48,479 nucleotides of DNA, from NCBI GenBank assembly GCA_030648795.1, contig JAUSHC010000002.1, forward strand, positions 1 to 48,479. Reading direction: 5' to 3'. The notes beneath the pieces are model-generated. The model was not told the DNA's origin. It ran no database searches and saw only the letters and a list, made by a program, of their open reading frames with translations. Position 1 is the first letter of the stretch; each line of letters starts with the position of its first letter. The translations under genes and the position numbers were made by a program. The DNA is from a bacterium (GTDB taxonomy: Bacteria > Patescibacteriota > Patescibacteriia > JACQSD01). This document shows, piece after piece, positions 44,332-48,479 of the stretch.

Positions 44332-44702
44332 TGAAAGCAAACAATTTTAAGGAGAATTTAAAAAAGAAGATGGATGAATATGTGCATTTCGTTTACAATG
44401 TTACCAAAGAGTTTCCAAAAGAAGAATTGTACGGAGTAATTTCACAAATTCGTCGAGCAACCTTGTCGATTATTTTGAATTACATTGAGGGATACGCACG
44501 GAGAAGACCAGCGGTTCAATTAAACTTTTTTGAGATTTCTTATGGCTCATTAAAAGAATCGAAGTATCTCTTACATTTTTCTTTGATCGAAAAATATTTA
44601 AATAGTAATGATTATGAAATCGGCTTAAAGATGGCAGAGGAGATTGGTGCCATGCTCTGGACAGAAATAAGTCAGCTTGAAGGATCACTCACACATCCCT
44701 AG
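44331..44702 (+). CDS. Four-helix-bundle protein (23S rRNA intervening-sequence protein / Avd-like family)
   Basis: About 123 aa with the FPKEELYGVISQIRRATLSIILNYIEGY and SLKESKYLL pattern typical of this family. Confidence 0.8.
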   Translation: MKANNFKENLKKKMDEYVHFVYNVTKEFPKEELYGVISQIRRATLSIILNYIEGYARRRPAVQLNFFEISYGSLKESKYLLHFSLIEKYLNSNDYEIGLKMAEEIGAMLWTEISQLEGSLTHP

Positions 44703-44705
44703 TTT

Positions 44706-44725
44706 TGTTTTTATGTTCTAGTGTT
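44706..44725. repeat. Right arm of the 20-bp inverted repeat flanking the four-helix-bundle gene
   Basis: TGTTTTTATGTTCTAGTGTT, beginning 4 nt after the gene's TAG stop. Confidence 0.9.
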
Positions 44726-44728
44726 TTT

Positions 44729-45796
44729 ATGAAATTATTATTGACCGGTGGAGGCACTCTTGGTTCGGTAACGCCCCTTCTTGCACTTTATGACGAGATG
44801 CGTCCTGAAAAAGTTTTTTGGATCGGCACGCGCAAGGGAATTGAAAAAGAATTCATAGAGCGCGCAGGAATTCCGTTTTATGCCATCACCGCAGGGAAAC
44901 TTCGCCGTTATGTTGATTGGAGGAATCTTTTTTCTCCCATAGAAACAATCCTTGGTTTTTTTCAAGCGTTATTTCTTTTGCAAAAGCTTCAGCCCACGCA
45001 TGTTTTTTCTGCGGGGGGATATGTTGCGGTTCCGGTGGTTTTTGCTGCGGCTTTTCTTGGTATTCCGTCGTATGGAATACAACTCGATGTGCGCCCAGGG
45101 CTTGCGAATCGTTGTATTGCCCCGTTTGTGAAAAAGATGTTTGTGGTTTTTTCTGAAACCGCTCGATTTTTTTCTGCGAGTAAAAGTGTGGTGACCGGCA
45201 GTATGATTCGAAAGAGTATTCGTACCGTTTCGTTAAAGACAGAACAGAAAAAACCACCGCCGTTGGCGGGGTCCCGTCCGAAGGCGGGAGAAGCACATCC
45301 GATGCTCCTTGTACTTGGTGGTGGAACCGGCGCGCTTTCATTAAACGAACTTGTGTGGCAGTCTTTGCGACAGCTTACGGATTTTTGCGACGTTGTGCAT
45401 ATCACCGGTCCTGGGAAGTTTCGACACATTTCGCTTCCGCACTATGAATCGTATAGCTTGGTGAAAGATGCTCTGCCTGCGTTGTTGCGCAATGCGGATT
45501 GCGTGGTCACGCGCGCGGGAATGGGAACGTTGTCAGAGCTTGCGGCGATGCGAAAGGCGGCGATCGTTGTGCCACTACCGAACACCCACCAAGAAGAGAA
45601 TGCGGCGTTACTCGCTTTCCATGATGCGGCAGTTGTGGTAGCGCAACATACATTGACATCAAACAAACTTGTCGATACGGTCAGAATACTCCTCGTAGAC
45701 AGCGAACGTTGCCGTGTGCTTGGTGAAAAATTATACCAATGTATCCCAACTGACGGTGTAGAAAAAATTTCTCAATTCCTAATTCTCAATTCCTAA
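44729..45796 (+). CDS. murG: Lipid II-forming GlcNAc transferase MurG
   Basis: MKLLLTGGGTLGS N-terminus, VLGGGTGA and HQEENA motifs. Position in the dcw cluster. Confidence 0.88.
   Translation: MKLLLTGGGTLGSVTPLLALYDEMRPEKVFWIGTRKGIEKEFIERAGIPFYAITAGKLRRYVDWRNLFSPIETILGFFQALFLLQKLQPTHVFSAGGYVAVPVVFAAAFLGIPSYGIQLDVRPGLANRCIAPFVKKMFVVFSETARFFSASKSVVTGSMIRKSIRTVSLKTEQKKPPPLAGSRPKAGEAHPMLLVLGGGTGALSLNELVWQSLRQLTDFCDVVHITGPGKFRHISLPHYESYSLVKDALPALLRNADCVVTRAGMGTLSELAAMRKAAIVVPLPNTHQEENAALLAFHDAAVVVAQHTLTSNKLVDTVRILLVDSERCRVLGEKLYQCIPTDGVEKISQFLILNS
45255..45290. repeat. In-frame double-hairpin insert in murG, homologous to 38799-38832
   Basis: CACCGCC gtt GGCGG G TCCCG tccgaagg CGGGA compared with CACCGCC tct GGCGG A TCCCG(CC) gt (GG)CGGGA. 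Confidence 0.8.
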
Positions 45797-45797
45797 T
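45770..45797 (+). repeat. Four tandem heptamers TC[T/C][C/T]AAT (28 nt) spanning the murG stop codon
   Basis: tctcaat tcctaat tctcaat tcctaat, which is a perfect 14-mer x2. The TAA stop is at 45794-45796. Confidence 0.95.
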
Positions 45798-45806
45798 TCA
45801 TTATTC

Positions 45807-46472
45807 ATGTCTGTTGCCGCAATCATTCCTGCATACAATGAAGAAGGCACGATCGGAAAAGTGATCAGTGCGATTAAACGTTCGCAAGCGGTTGATACGA
45901 TTATTGTGATTTCTGACGGTTCAACGGATCGTACCGTTGCTATCGCGAAAGCGGCGGGAGCGGATGTATTTTCACGCACCAAGAATCGAGGAAAGGGTGA
46001 GGCGCTCAAATTTGCGACGACTAAAACGACTGCAGATATTTTATTTTTCTGCGACGCTGATCTTGTCGGATTGCAACCGCGGCATGTGCGCGCGATTGTT
46101 GATCCGGTGCGGAAAGGAACGGTCGCCATGTGCATGGGGCTTCGTGATCGGTGGGGGATCCCTGGCATCGTCGCGCGGCTTGACCCATTACTTGCCATCG
46201 GCGGCGAACGCGCACTCACACGAGAGGTGTTCCAACGTTTGACCCCCGAAGACTATCATGGATTCAGCGTTGAAATTTCATTGAATGAATACTGCAAGCG
46301 ATTCCATTTTCCTGTACAATTCGTGGAGATGGTTGGTGTGACGCATGTCCCGAAAGAGATTAAATGGGGAAGAGTGCGCGGGACACTTCGGCGCATTCCA
46401 TGGCTTTTTCAGATTCTTCGCGTGCGTATCCTTGCATTTTTTCCACGACAACAAACATGGCACAAGCATTAA
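45807..46472 (+). CDS. Glycosyltransferase family 2 embedded in the dcw cluster
   Basis: AAIIPAYNEEGTI, VISDGSTDRT and FCDADL motifs. Confidence 0.8.
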   Translation: MSVAAIIPAYNEEGTIGKVISAIKRSQAVDTIIVISDGSTDRTVAIAKAAGADVFSRTKNRGKGEALKFATTKTTADILFFCDADLVGLQPRHVRAIVDPVRKGTVAMCMGLRDRWGIPGIVARLDPLLAIGGERALTREVFQRLTPEDYHGFSVEISLNEYCKRFHFPVQFVEMVGVTHVPKEIKWGRVRGTLRRIPWLFQILRVRILAFFPRQQTWHKH

Positions 46473-47743
46473 TAAAAACTGCGCAGCGTATTTACTGCAT
46501 TGGCATAAAGGGCGTGGGCATGACCGCTCTTGCTGAAGTATTGCATGGGTGGGGGAAACGTGTGACGGGATCTGATACGGAGGAACGGTTCCAAACGGAT
46601 GAGGTTTTACGAAGAAGCGGAATTTTGTTTGTCGAGGGGTTTGCAAAAGAAAACGTTCCGGCAGATGTTGATCTCGTTATTTATTCCACGGCATACGGCG
46701 AAAAGAATCCGGAATATGCAGAGGCTCTGCGACGAGGGATTCCGATGCTTTCGTACCCAGAGGCGTTGGGGCAACTCATGGAAGGGAAGTACGGGGTCGC
46801 TGTTTCCGGTTCGCACGGTAAAACAACAACGACTGCGCTCCTTGGGCATGTCATGACCGAAGCGGGATTAGATCCTACAGTGATCGTCGGGTCAGAAGTA
46901 AAAAATTGGGGATCGAACGCGCGCGTGGGGAAATCGGAATACGTTGTGATTGAAGCGGATGAATATCAAAATAAGTTTCAACACTATAATCCGCGCGGTC
47001 TTATCATTACAAATATAGATTGGGATCATTCGGACTTTTTCAAAACATTGGAAGCGTATGAAAAAGCGTTTGCTGATTTTCGAGAGAAAGTTTTAGGCAA
47101 TAGCGGATGGGTAGTTGAGACTGGAAAGATAGATTATTCCCCGAGCGAAGTCGAGGGGCTTCCTTTGAGCCTTTCCGGCGAGCATAATAAAAAAAATACT
47201 GCACTGGTATATGCAGTAGCGCAGAAGCTTGGGATTGCCGATAACGTATTTTGGAAAGCGGTGCAATCATTTAAAGGCACAGCGCGACGATTTGAAGTAA
47301 AAGGGGAGACGGCTAACGGTGTGCTCGTTGTTGATGACTACGCGCATCATCCGACAGAAATTCAAGCGACGCTCAAAGCCGCACGTGCGCGCTATCCAAA
47401 ACAGAAACTGTGGGTGGTGTTTCACCCGCATACGTTCACCCGCACAAAAACATTCTTCGATGACTTCGCGCGTTCATTCAGTGATGCGGATCAGGTCATC
47501 ATTCTTGATATTTATGGTTCAGCGCGAGAGGAACACGGCGGTGTGCACTCCAAGGATCTTGTTGCAGCTATTAACAAGGGGCACCCTTGTAAAGGTACAA
47601 GGGTGCCCCTTGTAGATGCGATTTACATTCCCACTATCCCCGAAGCAGCAACGTATCTTCGTAATCACGCCGAGAAAGACGACATCGTCATCACTATGGG
47701 CGCGGGTGATGTGTGGAAAGTAGGGGAGGATTTTTTGCGATAA
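46457..47743 (+). CDS. murC: UDP-N-acetylmuramate--L-alanine ligase
   Basis: IGIKGVGMTALAEVL, GSHGKTTTTALL and DDYAHHPTE motifs. The start was trimmed to ATG 46457. Confidence 0.9.
   Translation: MAQALIKTAQRIYCIGIKGVGMTALAEVLHGWGKRVTGSDTEERFQTDEVLRRSGILFVEGFAKENVPADVDLVIYSTAYGEKNPEYAEALRRGIPMLSYPEALGQLMEGKYGVAVSGSHGKTTTTALLGHVMTEAGLDPTVIVGSEVKNWGSNARVGKSEYVVIEADEYQNKFQHYNPRGLIITNIDWDHSDFFKTLEAYEKAFADFREKVLGNSGWVVETGKIDYSPSEVEGLPLSLSGEHNKKNTALVYAVAQKLGIADNVFWKAVQSFKGTARRFEVKGETANGVLVVDDYAHHPTEIQATLKAARARYPKQKLWVVFHPHTFTRTKTFFDDFARSFSDADQVIILDIYGSAREEHGGVHSKDLVAAINKGHPCKGTRVPLVDAIYIPTIPEAATYLRNHAEKDDIVITMGAGDVWKVGEDFLR
47574..47613. repeat. Perfect 18-bp inverted repeat (4-nt loop) inside murC
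   Basis: ACAAGGGGCACCCTTGTA aagg TACAAGGGTGCCCCTTGT. Confidence 0.95.
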
Positions 47744-47754
47744 TAATTTGAAAT

Positions 47755-48479
47755 ATGAAGCAACTTTCCGGTCTAAAAGAAAACCAACTACTTGCAAAAT
47801 ACACGACGTTTCGCATTGGCGGGCCGGCGAAGTATTTTTTTGTTGCAAGGAATTCGGATGATGTCGTAAAAGCGGTACGTGCGGCGAGTGAAGCGGGGAT
47901 TCGTTATACATTGCTTGGCGGCGGAGCGAATGTTTTGGTTTCTGATAGCGGATTTGACGGGCTCGTGATCAAGCTCGAAAATCGCGGACTTTTTATTGAT
48001 GATGGCATCGCACGTGCAGAAGCCGGCGTGCCGTTACTTTTTCTCGCGCAAGAGACGGTGAAGAAGGGATGGAGAGGACTTGAATTTTATGCGACGATTC
48101 CGGGAAGTGTCGGGGGGGCGATTCGCGGCAATGCAGGAGCATTTGGACGCGAGACAAAAGACGCGCTTATTCGGGCGCGCGTGTTTGACGGGAAAGAAGA
48201 GCGATGGCTTACAAACGATGAGTGCGGTTTTGCGTATCGTGACAGCACGTTTAAAAAAGATCGTGATGTAACAACGGGACACAATCAATTTATCATTTTA
48301 GAAGGCGAGTTTCGTCTCGATAAGGGCGACGAAAAAGAAGGGACAAAATACATGCGGGAAATTTTGGCGAAAAAAGCGGCAACACAAACACTCGAGTCGC
48401 CTTCTGCCGGTTGTGTATTTGCGAATGTGGAATTTGTTCCGGGCACGTACGACTTGAAAGATCCGAAACGGGGAAATCC
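47755..48479 (+). CDS. murB: UDP-N-acetylenolpyruvoylglucosamine reductase (3' end outside window)
   Basis: My own translation from ATG 47755 gives LAKYTTFRIGGPAKYF, LGGGANVLVSD, PGSVGGAIRGNAGA and SAGCVF. The frame is open to the window end and is absent from the ORF track. Confidence 0.88.
   Translation, partial: MKQLSGLKENQLLAKYTTFRIGGPAKYFFVARNSDDVVKAVRAASEAGIRYTLLGGGANVLVSDSGFDGLVIKLENRGLFIDDGIARAEAGVPLLFLAQETVKKGWRGLEFYATIPGSVGGAIRGNAGAFGRETKDALIRARVFDGKEERWLTNDECGFAYRDSTFKKDRDVTTGHNQFIILEGEFRLDKGDEKEGTKYMREILAKKAATQTLESPSAGCVFANVEFVPGTYDLKDPKRGN

Noticed and set aside
1-48479. CRISPR arrays, tRNA or rRNA genes, transposases, integrases, toxin-antitoxin pairs and recognisable defence systems
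   Set aside because: I looked for regularly spaced direct repeats, T-arm GGTTCGAAT-type motifs and nuclease, RT or recombinase motifs in all long ORFs, and found none. The only spaced repeats are the short tracts reported above.

Overview
The window looks like a Patescibacteria/CPR-type contig. That assignment is an inference from gene content and architecture; no database search was possible. There are four blocks. (1) nt 1-23.9 kb (+ strand) is a surface-glycan biosynthesis locus: GT2/GT4 glycosyltransferases, Wzy/O-antigen-ligase-like and other polytopic membrane proteins, SDR epimerases, a C-methyltransferase, a 2-epimerase, a WecA-like initiating transferase and a CapD-like dehydratase. 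A 3-kb insert at 8.3-11.3 kb interrupts it and holds two transcription units that share a near-identical promoter and leader palindrome. (2) 24-31.3 kb holds a Ser/Thr-rich surface protein, a split comEC, a 1.2-kb GC-rich non-coding gap, two orphan ORFs, a receiver-only response regulator and ndk. (3) 31.3-40.6 kb (- strand) is a type IV pilus operon: pilB, pilC, three large pilin-like genes, pilM, pilN, pilO. (4) 40.8-48.5 kb (+) is a dcw cluster: mraY, murD, ftsW, murG, murC, murB. It carries two extra genes, a four-helix-bundle cassette and a GT2, and murD is frameshifted by a 7-nt tandem duplication. The most unusual signals are non-genic. First, an unclassified ~330-nt GC-rich structured element occurs twice; its 136-nt core is 131/136 identical between copies. 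Second, short palindromic or GC-rich elements are inserted in frame in comEC, murC, murG, murD and a DUF2079-like gene. Third, 28-nt tracts made of four heptamers recur at gene boundaries. Fourth, a CCCCGTTAGA inverted-repeat pair lies upstream of both pilB and pilM. I recognised no rRNA, tRNA, CRISPR array, transposase or integrase. All coordinates and counts were made by eye from the sequence, and functional calls rest on remembered family motifs.
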